Below are positions 8,761 to 16,525 of a DNA stretch of 32,000 bases, piece by piece. The position numbers and the translations under genes were made by a program. Under the pieces are notes generated by a model, which was not told where the DNA came from, made no database searches, and saw only the letters and a program-made list of their open reading frames with translations. This DNA is from Candidatus Saccharimonadota bacterium (lineage in GTDB: Bacteria; Patescibacteriota; Saccharimonadia; Saccharimonadales; UBA4665). The stretch lies in NCBI GenBank assembly GCA_002952755.1, contig CP025011.1, forward strand, positions 930,001 through 962,000. Reading direction: 5' to 3'. The first letter of the stretch is position 1; every line of letters begins with the position of its first letter.

Positions 8761-9903
8761 TCATACCTTCTTCGAGCGTTTCGCGATTGCTTCTTCGTAA
8801 ACCTGCACCGTACGCTCGCCTATAGTTTGTACATCACATTCCCTTGCGTAGGCCTGCTGCCAGGTGCGGGCAACTTTCCGTGCGTTGTCGTCGTGCAACG
8901 CCTCAACGACCCGATTGGCGAAGGCGGTCGTATCACGCGGGTCAAATAACTGATCGACATGCGTGCCCATGACACTGGCATAGCCAGGATTATTGCCAGC
9001 AAGCACGATGCCGGTTGACGCAGCCATCGCCTCAAGTAGCACCACACCAAAGCTTTCACCCCCGGTACTGGGATAGACGACGACGTCCGCTGAAGCTAGA
9101 TACCTCGGTTTATCCGCTTCACTGATAAACCCCTCGAATGACACAATATCTTCGAGCTTACTGGCGGCCGCATACTGCTTAAGATCGGCCTCCAGCGGCC
9201 CGCCGCCGCAGAGCACGACACGTGCACCAACAGGCCAGCTACCATTTTTTACGGCGTACGCTACAGCCTGCAGCAAATAGCGGCAGCCTTTGCGCTCTAC
9301 AAAACGACCCAAATATACCACCGTTTGCCCATGATTAAACCGCTCAAACGGCTCCGCACCATACATATGCCCTAGGTCGACAGGCAAGGGCATGACGGTG
9401 CAGTGCAATCCAAACGTTTCCCGGGCAAAATCCGCCGCTGCCGGCGCGGCTACCATAGCATCAAAACGCCGCAAGCTCTTCGACACCCACAAGCCTAGTA
9501 AGCGATTGGCGGTACGCACCAAAAACGATTCACCAGCGACATGGAATGTTCCAACGACTGCAGTGTCGGATGCAGCAAGTCGGATAATCCGACCGGCCAA
9601 AAAAGGACTATACGGTGCTTGCACATGCAACACGTCGAAATGAACGCCAGACAACAGCTCTCGAATCGGCCCGCGCCGGGCAGGCAAGGGGATCGCCATC
9701 CGATTCTGGTTAAACCTCACGCTCATGTTATTGCTTAATGAATGAAGATTAGCGATATCCGTACGCTTGGTTTCACCGACCAAGTAATGTACCTCGTGAC
9801 CTTGCGTAATGAGCCAGCGGCTCAAGGTCAGTACATATTGTTGCACGCCATCCGGCTTATCTAAAGAATCGTCAAAAACAAAGCCGGTGGTGAGCTTAGC
9901 CAT
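8761..9903 (-). CDS. GT4-family glycosyltransferase
   Basis: 380 aa. 'GRFVERKG', 'PSTGGESFGVVLLEAMA' (EX7E-type retaining GT-B signature). Confidence 0.85.
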   Translation of the reverse strand: MAKLTTGFVFDDSLDKPDGVQQYVLTLSRWLITQGHEVHYLVGETKRTDIANLHSLSNNMSVRFNQNRMAIPLPARRGPIRELLSGVHFDVLHVQAPYSPFLAGRIIRLAASDTAVVGTFHVAGESFLVRTANRLLGLWVSKSLRRFDAMVAAPAAADFARETFGLHCTVMPLPVDLGHMYGAEPFERFNHGQTVVYLGRFVERKGCRYLLQAVAYAVKNGSWPVGARVVLCGGGPLEADLKQYAAASKLEDIVSFEGFISEADKPRYLASADVVVYPSTGGESFGVVLLEAMAASTGIVLAGNNPGYASVMGTHVDQLFDPRDTTAFANRVVEALHDDNARKVARTWQQAYARECDVQTIGERTVQVYEEAIAKRSKKV

Positions 9904-11026
9904 GCAACCGTTTACCGGCCCTCAAGGCTTTTGCGTACACTTCTTCGTACTGGGTAACGACATGTTCCCAGCTATACAATGTCATCTCTTTAGCGGCCCA
10001 TGCGCGCCACAAGACCCGTAGCTTGGGTTGATACAGCAACAAATCGAGTCTGCGGGCAAAATCGTCAATCTGCTTGGGGTCGACGAGCGATAGCGCACCC
10101 AAACCCTTCATAACACTCTCGTATCCTGGATTATCACCAGCCACCGTCACCAAACCGGAGGCCATCGCCTCCAGCAAAACAATACCGAAACTTTCGCCAA
10201 AAAGTGATGGAGCGCAAAACAGGTCGGACGAGCGCAGTAACTTAATCTTTTCTTCGTCACTAACATAACCCAAGAAACTAACGTTCTTGAGGTCGAGGTC
10301 TTCCGCCAAGGCTTCCATTTTTTCCCGATCCACGCCATGTCCGGCTAATATCAGAGAGACATCTGGCCTTGTCTTTTGCAGCACGCGAAAGGCATGGAGT
10401 AGGTATTTTACGCCTTTGCGTCCCTCAATACGACCCACGTACAAAATCGTCTTTTCCGGCCGGTTATCATTAAAGTGGGCCGGTGGTCGAAAACGATCGT
10501 CCACTGCGTTAGGAATTATCGCTACTGGCGCATCAGTCAGGCTACTGACATATTCGGCGGCGGCGTCCGATACAGCCGTGAAGGCGTCGATATATTTTAA
10601 TATCGGCTTCGTGTACGGGGTAATCACCTTCGCCATCGTACGGCTCATAACCGTTTCAGGAAGCTTGGCGTGAAACGTAGCAATATTAATCCCTTTGGAA
10701 CGGCTCAGGATCTGTGCGCTCAGCATAGGTATCCATGGTTCGTGAAAGTGTAATATATCGAACTCGTGCGTCGCTAGCATCCGCTCGATGCTCTCACTGA
10801 CACTCGCAGAAATCTGAATCGTGGTATGCGTAGGCGACTTAAAATCGGTGCTGCTGCCCACAAAAATAACGTGGTCTTCTGGCTCATCGCCATGCGATTG
10901 TGGACGAGGAGTAATAATATACACATCGTGCCCTCGCCGACGCAATTCCGCTTGCTGTGCTTTTATTACTTCTAGCACGCCACCATTTTTATTGACCCCA
11001 TACGGACAGACTAAGCCAATTTTCAT
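9896..11026 (-). CDS. GT4-family glycosyltransferase (second copy; 8-nt overlap with the downstream GT4)
   Basis: 376 aa. 'GRIEGRKGVKYLL', 'PSLFGESFGIVLLEAMASG'. On the minus strand TGaTACAAT (11037-11045) lies 10 nt upstream of the ATG. Confidence 0.85.
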   Translation of the reverse strand: MKIGLVCPYGVNKNGGVLEVIKAQQAELRRRGHDVYIITPRPQSHGDEPEDHVIFVGSSTDFKSPTHTTIQISASVSESIERMLATHEFDILHFHEPWIPMLSAQILSRSKGINIATFHAKLPETVMSRTMAKVITPYTKPILKYIDAFTAVSDAAAEYVSSLTDAPVAIIPNAVDDRFRPPAHFNDNRPEKTILYVGRIEGRKGVKYLLHAFRVLQKTRPDVSLILAGHGVDREKMEALAEDLDLKNVSFLGYVSDEEKIKLLRSSDLFCAPSLFGESFGIVLLEAMASGLVTVAGDNPGYESVMKGLGALSLVDPKQIDDFARRLDLLLYQPKLRVLWRAWAAKEMTLYSWEHVVTQYEEVYAKALRAGKRLHG

Positions 11027-11047
11027 AATTGCCCCTATTGTATCACG

Positions 11048-11998
11048 CTAATTATCTTGTTGATTAAACCAGCGCCGGACCTTCGGCGGGATAAAAGCAG
11101 CCGACTCCTTTTTGGTCGCTACCACGCTGGGGGCGTGTGTCTGTAGGTCTAATTCTGCACCCCGGAAATCGGAGTAAATAACCCGCAAGTGCTGCTCCAC
11201 TCGGTAGCTGTTGAAGTAATAATCGCCTTTGGTCGCAATATGCCACACCGGTATCTTGACTTGCTTTTTACAGTTATCCAAATGCAGGAACTCTTTAGTG
11301 GTAAACAGGTGCGTTCTAAGGTCGTTAATTTGCCACAGCTCCAGCTCGGTTTCCATAACAGCGTTGAACATATCAAGCCCGTCGGCGGCGGCGGCCTCGA
11401 ACTTATGACGGGCATTGTGCGTATGTGTGTAAGCATAGCGCAGCGTGAAAGAATTGAGGCCCACCAGCTTAAAGAGCCCGGTTATGCCAGGGATGAGCGC
11501 CATACTGACCGCCGTACGGTAGAACAACATGCGGCGCTTCGTAAAGGTGAAATCATCGCTATGGGCAAAGCCAATACAACTCACTACCACATCGACCTTC
11601 TTAGTAAGCTCCGGATATCGCTGCAGCATGCGCGTCACAATCACAAAACCGAAAGAAATGCCGGCAATGCGGATACGGCGCCGCTTGTAGCGCAACTTGA
11701 TAAACGCCGCCAGATAATCGGCCAAATTATCAATCGTCGGCTTTTTACCAATCTTATAAAAACTGTCCATACCGCCAAAACCGGGCAAGTCCGGCATTGT
11801 CACCGTGCCGAAGGCGTTAAAATTCTGGATAAGCCCCCACCAACGCTCCAGCTTGGCGTGATGGCCATATACAATCAGCACTTCACGCTTGTCGCCGACT
11901 TTTGCTGCCGGCAAGCGCAGCATGCGGCCGCGCAAGCCGTTCATATTGAGCGGCTCGATGTAAGGAGCGGGATCCGGATCTTTTGTTTGTTTTACCAT
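11048..11998 (-). CDS. Alpha/beta-fold hydrolase
   Basis: 'VLIVYGHH..', 'LPGFGG', nucleophile elbow 'GISFG'. I prefer the start at M21 (ATG 11998) because the first 20 codons of the ORF-track version are Cys-rich and atypical. Confidence 0.7.
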   Translation of the reverse strand: MVKQTKDPDPAPYIEPLNMNGLRGRMLRLPAAKVGDKREVLIVYGHHAKLERWWGLIQNFNAFGTVTMPDLPGFGGMDSFYKIGKKPTIDNLADYLAAFIKLRYKRRRIRIAGISFGFVIVTRMLQRYPELTKKVDVVVSCIGFAHSDDFTFTKRRMLFYRTAVSMALIPGITGLFKLVGLNSFTLRYAYTHTHNARHKFEAAAADGLDMFNAVMETELELWQINDLRTHLFTTKEFLHLDNCKKQVKIPVWHIATKGDYYFNSYRVEQHLRVIYSDFRGAELDLQTHAPSVVATKKESAAFIPPKVRRWFNQQDN

Positions 11999-12072
11999 GC
12001 TAGGTACCACTGTACGACAAGGTTTTGTATCTAGGCAAGAATAACATACAAATAACAACGAGTAGCAGAGTA

Positions 12073-12163
12073 ACTCCCTACTTCCCGAGGAGAGTCAGGC
12101 GTAGTGCAACCAGGCGAGCGTAAGCTGGCCTGGTTGCACCGCTCTAGTTGGGTAGGAGGGAGT
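12073..12163 (+). other. Extended imperfect hairpin (~30 bp) capped by a GNRA (GTAA) tetraloop; candidate structured-RNA element
   Basis: 12104-12115 GTGCAACCAGGC pairs perfectly with 12128-12139 GCCTGGTTGCAC. Apical AGC/GCT stem with GTAA loop at 12120-12123. Outer helices 12091-12094/12142-12145 and 12073-12079/12157-12163. Confidence 0.4.
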
Positions 12164-12506
12164 GGTATTCTTTTATCTGGCGAGCTTCTTATTCCCAGCC
12201 ATTACTAACCAGGCAGAGGCAGCAGTGCAGGATGTCACATCTGAACGAGATCCGGGCTACGATGCTTTCAATGCTCAATTTTCTCCGTAATGCCATCCTC
12301 ATACCGCTCAGTTTGCTATTGAGTGGGGTTGCGCAGCATTCTACCATTTTCAATGCTTACAGTAGGAACTCAGCGATTGGGCTAATATAACTTACCGTAT
12401 GGCTGGTCTCTGGACGCACCGCATTTTATCCGATATACAAAACTAAGGACACGCACCAGCAGACGTCTTGGATTACGACCGAAATCATATAGGGGGCCGG
12501 GAAGTT

Positions 12507-12534
12507 GTGGCCCTAGCCAGATGGCCGCTTTTTT
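12507..12534 (+). terminator. Candidate intrinsic terminator closing the upstream non-coding region
   Basis: GTGGCC (12507-12512) / GGCCGC (12523-12528), 10-nt loop, T6 run 12529-12534. A competing helix GGGCC (12494-12498) / GGCCC (12509-12513) is possible. Confidence 0.4.
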
Positions 12535-12542
12535 GGTATACT
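12534..12542 (+). promoter_or_regulatory. Extended -10 element TGgTATACT; probable tRNA-Gln promoter
   Basis: TG 12534-12535, TATACT 12537-12542, about 55 nt upstream of the mature tRNA 5' end. Confidence 0.45.
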
Positions 12543-12598
12543 TTCCCCGTTGAATTCCGAAAGCTGTCGCTAATAAAGATAGCCAAAAGACAACCTAT

Positions 12599-12673
12599 TG
12601 GGGGTTGGCCAAGTGGTAAGGCACCAGGTTTTGGTCCTGGCATTCGGGGGTTCGAATCCCTCACCCCCAGCCA
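12599..12673 (+). tRNA. tRNA-Gln (anticodon UUG), CCA encoded
   Basis: 75 nt. Acceptor TGGGGGT/ACCCCCA with U1-A72, D-arm GCCAAGTGGTAAGGC, anticodon stem CCAGG/CCTGG with loop TTTTGGT, T-arm GGGGG-TTCGAAT-CCCTC, G73-CCA. Closely resembles E. coli tRNA-Gln. Confidence 0.95.
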
Positions 12674-12690
12674 AGACAAGATTTTCAAAA

Positions 12691-12717
12691 CTACCCCTGT
12701 AAAACGGGGTGGTTTTT
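12691..12717 (+). terminator. Rho-independent terminator after tRNA-Gln
   Basis: CTACCCC (12691-12697) / GGGGTGG (12706-12712), 8-nt loop, TTTTT 12713-12717. Confidence 0.8.
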
Positions 12718-12766
12718 GGTTGAATTTGGGGTAGGCATATAGAACGCCAAAACTGCCTGTTTGACT

Positions 12767-12775
12767 TGATATACT
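12767..12775 (+). promoter_or_regulatory. Extended -10 element TGaTATACT, 6 nt upstream of the SDR ATG (leaderless geometry)
   Basis: TG 12767-12768, TATACT 12770-12775, ATG 12782. Confidence 0.45.
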
Positions 12776-12781
12776 TGATGC

Positions 12782-13468
12782 ATGGAATTTAGAGATAAGG
12801 TTATTGTCATTACTGGCGGCAGCAAAGGATTCGGTAAAGGTTTAGCAAGAGCCTTCGCAAGCAAAGGTGCAAAAGTAGTTATCTCAAGCGACGATACAGA
12901 TGTCCTTTTGGAAACGGCTCGTGAATTGCACATTGATTCTTTTCCTTCAGACGTTACCTCGTTTGATGAAGTTAAAGCGCTTGCTGATCATGTCATAGAA
13001 AAGTTCGACCGTATTGATATCTGGATCAATAATGCAGGCATCCAGATTGCTCCGAGCGGAGTTGAAGACGTCGATCTACAAAAACTCCATAGGCTGTTTG
13101 ATATCAATTTCTTTGGTTACTTTTATGGATGTAGGGCCGCGTTACCTATTATGCGCAAGCAACGCAAAGGCGTAGTCGTAAACATAAACTCTACAGCTGG
13201 GTTGGATGGCAAACCGGAGCTCTCGGCTTATGTATCTTCAAAGTTCGCCATCAAAGGCCTTACACAGAGCCTTCGCGAAGAACTGAGAGGTATAGATATT
13301 CAGGTTTACGGGGTTCATCCGGGCGGTATGCAGACGGAGATTTACAAGGAGCTTTATCCAGCAGACTTCGACCAGTACATGAGCGTGGATTATGCTATCG
13401 AAAAGGTCATGGACAACTTTGCAGCGGCGCAGCCTGAGTTAGACCTTATTATTCGTCGCCCAAAGTAG
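12782..13468 (+). CDS. Short-chain dehydrogenase/reductase (SDR) family oxidoreductase
   Basis: 228 aa. Cofactor motif 'ITGGSKGFG', 'NNAG', catalytic 'YVSSKFAIKG' (YxxxK). Confidence 0.9.
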   Translation: MEFRDKVIVITGGSKGFGKGLARAFASKGAKVVISSDDTDVLLETARELHIDSFPSDVTSFDEVKALADHVIEKFDRIDIWINNAGIQIAPSGVEDVDLQKLHRLFDINFFGYFYGCRAALPIMRKQRKGVVVNINSTAGLDGKPELSAYVSSKFAIKGLTQSLREELRGIDIQVYGVHPGGMQTEIYKELYPADFDQYMSVDYAIEKVMDNFAAAQPELDLIIRRPK

Positions 13469-13575
13469 ACACCTCGTCATCGACTTCTGTAAGTAGCTTA
13501 TTAATTTCATTCGCATTATTTTTTCACCCTCGCCCCTGTTAAAAGTTTTAACTAGGCACTCGATGCCTAGCCATA

Positions 13576-13611
13576 GAAAGAGCTCCAAATCAGAAGATCT
13601 AGAGCTTTTTC
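13576..13611. terminator. Hairpin with A-tract/T-tract arms (possible bidirectional terminator after the SDR gene)
   Basis: GAAAGAGCTC (13576-13585) pairs with GAGCTTTTTC (13602-13611), 16-nt loop. A second hairpin CTAGGCA/TGCCTAG lies at 13552-13570. Confidence 0.4.
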
Positions 13612-13685
13612 TATGTAGTCGGCATTTCTACCAAGTCTCAGTATGCTTTTTTATGTGGCATGGTTCGTTTTAGTTGCTCTATTTA

Positions 13686-13694
13686 TGGCATAAT
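13686..13694 (+). promoter_or_regulatory. Extended -10 element TGgCATAAT, 8 nt upstream of the metalloprotease ATG
   Basis: TG 13686-13687, CATAAT 13689-13694, ATG 13703. Confidence 0.4.
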
Positions 13695-13702
13695 AGTCCT
13701 TT

Positions 13703-14950
13703 ATGAGCGAGTCTACCGGAGAAACGCCCAATAATCGGTCACTGCCAAAGTATGCTATGGTAGGTCGCATCATGGCTGCTGCAGTCTTAGCCGGAGGAGT
13801 CGTTGGAACTGGGGAGATCATTGAGAAATGGCACGACTCTGCCAATGAACATGGATGTTCACCGGTTAGCCAGGATTCATTATTGGCTGCGCAGCAGCTT
13901 CTAGATAGTTCTCCTGGAGACGAAATCAACAATAAGGGTTTGGTAACAATTAGGGAACACGCAGCTCAATCGAATGGTCTTACGGCTTATAATCCTAACT
14001 TGTATGACCAAAGTCTCTTGAATGACCTGAATTCTGGAAATAGGACAAAGTCCTCTCTACCTTTTAGGGACTATTTCAGTGCGGCTAAAAGTTTTAGCGC
14101 AAAGTTTGGCATTGATGTACGTATTAGTAAATCAAGCGATAATCTTGATTACAAGGGACAAGTTCCTAAAAATGAAGACCTTGAAGATCCCATAGCAAAG
14201 AAAGATATGGTTAACCTTATCCAATCGCTTGGAGCGGTGCCGCTTGAATACATACAGATGATTGGCTTGAAAAATATTGTACTAGAGGCAAACGCGAAGT
14301 CATATGCGGCAGCTTATGCAAAAGTGGGCGGACCCCATGACACGATTGTCTTAAATATTAGTATGGATAATGAACCACGAGTATTGTGGCACGAAGAAGG
14401 GCATTTATTCGATGCGATTACCTGTCATGGACCACAAGGCATGAAAAATGACCATGGCTTTACGGCGCTGAATGGAAGGCAGAAATATAACTCTAGTTCA
14501 CATCCGATACCAGACTCGACGCACTATGAATTTGTGCAAGAGGCATCTGATGTGTTGGATGCTCATACTACTAAAAAGGATGGCCTGTGCGTTGCACTAG
14601 AAGAAATAAGGCATAAGGGACTCAACAATGTAGTTTTTACTGATGCATATGCCGGCACAAACCCCATGGAAGATAAGGCTCAACTCGCATCTTATTTTCC
14701 TGATAATATGGATAACGCTGATGTTTTTGACAACAACACACCGCTTTTGGAAAAAAAGTACGCCTATCTTTTCGCTAGATTATATGAACGTGACCCCAGG
14801 ATTGCCCGTTTTTTTAACACTGTAAGCCTGCATTCAGGAATGACTACTGACTTTTTTGATACAGAATGTTCATCAAACTCTACGGCACCATTGCTATCGC
14901 CATTCTCTGAACATACAACATCTTCAATGCCTACCGGCAAGCAATATTAA
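13703..14950 (+). CDS. Membrane-anchored/secreted putative zinc metalloprotease (HEXXH)
   Basis: 415 aa. N-terminal hydrophobic anchor 'IMAAAVLAGGVVGTG'. 'HEEGH' at nt 14390-14404 within 'TIVLNISMDNEPRVLWHEEGHLFD'. Downstream 'YAGTNPMEDKAQLASYF'. AT-richer than the flanks. Confidence 0.7.
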   Translation: MSESTGETPNNRSLPKYAMVGRIMAAAVLAGGVVGTGEIIEKWHDSANEHGCSPVSQDSLLAAQQLLDSSPGDEINNKGLVTIREHAAQSNGLTAYNPNLYDQSLLNDLNSGNRTKSSLPFRDYFSAAKSFSAKFGIDVRISKSSDNLDYKGQVPKNEDLEDPIAKKDMVNLIQSLGAVPLEYIQMIGLKNIVLEANAKSYAAAYAKVGGPHDTIVLNISMDNEPRVLWHEEGHLFDAITCHGPQGMKNDHGFTALNGRQKYNSSSHPIPDSTHYEFVQEASDVLDAHTTKKDGLCVALEEIRHKGLNNVVFTDAYAGTNPMEDKAQLASYFPDNMDNADVFDNNTPLLEKKYAYLFARLYERDPRIARFFNTVSLHSGMTTDFFDTECSSNSTAPLLSPFSEHTTSSMPTGKQY

Positions 14951-15105
14951 TACAACAGCATTATACCGTTCGACCACTTCTTTTGGCGAACGCTGAATAA
15001 TGGGCAATAGATGGGCGTCGTACTCTTTCCCAGCCAAACCTTATACTCGTTGCTTTTGGTCCCACTTACTTGGGTGTCTGGATTATTTTTTAACTCTAAA
15101 AAGCC

Positions 15106-15134
15106 TTGACGAGCTAGTACGGGTTTGGTAATTT
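15106..15134 (+). promoter_or_regulatory. Sigma70-type promoter TTGACG-N17-(TGg)TAATTT
   Basis: -35 at 15106-15111, 17-nt spacer, TG 15126-15127, -10 at 15129-15134. Confidence 0.55.
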
Positions 15135-15140
15135 GTCTGT

Positions 15141-15286
15141 GGAAGACATATGTGAAACAGCATTTTGTACTTCATATGTGGCCAGTCAAGTTAGTAAGTT
15201 CGACAGTTTGTTAGTTAGTAGGTCACATCTGTGGGTGCAAGTCTTCCTGAGTATAAAGAGGCACGATTCGTGCCTCTTTTCTTTTG
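15141..15286 (+). ncRNA. Candidate ~145-nt small RNA, or terminator-containing leader of rsgA
   Basis: Bounded by the 15106 promoter and the 15257 terminator. No ORF longer than 12 codons. Internal hairpin ACATATG (15147-15153) / CATATGT (15173-15179). TTAGT repeats at 15190-15215. Confidence 0.3.
15257..15286 (+). terminator. Rho-independent terminator
   Basis: AGAGGCACG (15257-15265) / CGTGCCTCT (15269-15277), loop ATT, followed by TTTCTTTTGG. Confidence 0.75.
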
Positions 15287-15360
15287 GTCCATGACCTAGC
15301 AAGTCTATCCACGAAGATTCAGTAGTGATCGCTTGAACAAAGCCAGTATTAGGATGAAAT

Positions 15361-16440
15361 GTGGCCCATTGCTGTCATACTAAGGGTATGGACCTGGCAT
15401 CGTTTGGCTGGACGGAAGAATTTCGTCAAAAATGGGAAGCACTACAATTGGTAGGCGCTCAGCCCGCTCGGGTAGTTGCGGACTTTGGCACGTCGCTCAA
15501 AATTGCAGCGCCCGAAGTTATGGCTGCCGAGTTATCCGGCAAGCTTGCTCACTATGCCGACCGCCAAGATGTCCCCAAGGTTGGCGACTGGGTTGCGGTG
15601 ATGCCCTCCGATACTGGCCCCGCTATCATAGAAGCGGTCATTCCTCGCCGCACCGAAATTGCTCGCAAAGTTGCTGGGAAGCGAGCCATAAAACAAATCA
15701 TCGCCGCCAATGTCGACATTGCCTTCGTGCTATTGGCGCTCGACAATGACTTCAATATTGAACGACTCAAACGATTTCTGTACCAATTGTCTATTGATGC
15801 TATTAGCCCGGTCATAGTGCTTAACAAAGCCGATAAAACAAATGACGTTGGCGGGTACATCGATAGCCTGCGCAACTTTAAACTACCGGTTATTGTGACA
15901 ACTGCCATCGAAGGTACAGGTATTGCCCAGATACACGCTCACATTCCGGCTGGTAAGACTGCGATTTTGCTAGGATCATCGGGAGTGGGCAAATCGACTC
16001 TCACTAACCAGCTGCTGGGTGTTGACGAGCAAGCCACCCAAGCAGTGCGTGAATCCGACTCTACTGGCGTGCACACTACCGTACATCGTGAACTGTTTGT
16101 ACTACCTGGCGGCGGTCTGCTCATAGACGCCCCGGGAGTACGCGAACTACAGCTCTGGGGTACCGAAGAAGACTTAGTCGAAAACTTTGATGATGTTGCC
16201 GAACTAGCTAGCCAATGCAAATACAGCAACTGCAAACACTTGCACGAAGAGGGCTGCGCCATACAGGCGGCCTTACTGGATGGAACGCTCAATCGTAGCC
16301 AGTACACCAGCTACCTCAAAATGAGACAAGAACTAGCCAGCCTCAAGGCCAAGCAAATCGTACGCAGCCAACGCAGCAACCAACGATCTAAAAAGAGCCT
16401 CCAGCGACGAAATCAAGACAGTATGAACGACGGTTGGTAG
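15361..16440 (+). CDS. rsgA: Ribosome small-subunit-dependent GTPase A (circularly permuted GTPase)
   Basis: G4 'LNKADK' precedes G1 'GSSGVGKSTL' and G3 'DAPG'. Zn knuckle 'CKYSNCKHLHEEGC' (Cx4CxHx5C). GTG 15361 has AGGA 6 nt upstream. ATG 15388 ('MDLASFGW') is an alternative start. Confidence 0.9.
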   Translation: MAHCCHTKGMDLASFGWTEEFRQKWEALQLVGAQPARVVADFGTSLKIAAPEVMAAELSGKLAHYADRQDVPKVGDWVAVMPSDTGPAIIEAVIPRRTEIARKVAGKRAIKQIIAANVDIAFVLLALDNDFNIERLKRFLYQLSIDAISPVIVLNKADKTNDVGGYIDSLRNFKLPVIVTTAIEGTGIAQIHAHIPAGKTAILLGSSGVGKSTLTNQLLGVDEQATQAVRESDSTGVHTTVHRELFVLPGGGLLIDAPGVRELQLWGTEEDLVENFDDVAELASQCKYSNCKHLHEEGCAIQAALLDGTLNRSQYTSYLKMRQELASLKAKQIVRSQRSNQRSKKSLQRRNQDSMNDGW

Positions 16441-16525
16441 TTGCATTACGTAGCGCCTCGGCCGCTAGGGACACCCCCTAAGTGCGGGCCTTTGTGACAC
16501 CGGTGGACTGCGAACTGTAATGCAA
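16441..16525 (+). other. 85-nt hairpin domain beginning immediately after the rsgA stop codon
   Basis: TTGCATTAC (16441-16449) pairs with GTAATGCAA (16517-16525), plus a G16450-T16516 wobble. Inner stem TAGCG/CGCTA at 16451-16455/16463-16467. Confidence 0.4.

Noticed and set aside
11189-12034. 281-aa plus-strand ORF antisense to the alpha/beta hydrolase gene. Similar long antisense ORFs occur at 779-1357, 6823-7311, 15939-16307, 21152-21535, 28240-28620 and 29494-29898.
   Set aside because: These are shadow ORFs. Their translations are Arg/His/Gln/Pro-rich with low complexity and no motifs, whereas the opposite strand in each case carries clear family signatures (GxSxG, helicase motifs, G-domain, MFS, FAD-binding).
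12073-12163. Long GNRA-capped hairpin considered as SRP (4.5S) RNA
   Set aside because: SRP domain IV requires conserved symmetric and asymmetric internal loops within a few bp of a GGAA-type tetraloop (..GGUCCGGAAGGAAGCAGCC..). Here the apical 15 bp are almost perfectly paired and the conserved sequence is absent.
12240-12270. 'GAACGAGATCCGGGCTAC' resembling the RNase P RNA P4 element (GAGGAAAGUCCGGGCU)
   Set aside because: The universally conserved GGAAAGUCC core is not present. I could find no complementary 3' P4 strand (ACAGAAxCCGGCUUA-like) or other conserved regions on either strand.
12148-12390. 80-codon ORF in the non-coding region upstream of tRNA-Gln
   Set aside because: It has a TTG start, no SD or -10 in leaderless register, and an implausible composition (MGRREWYSFIWRASYSQ...). 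It overlaps the strongly structured segment, so it is more likely non-coding.
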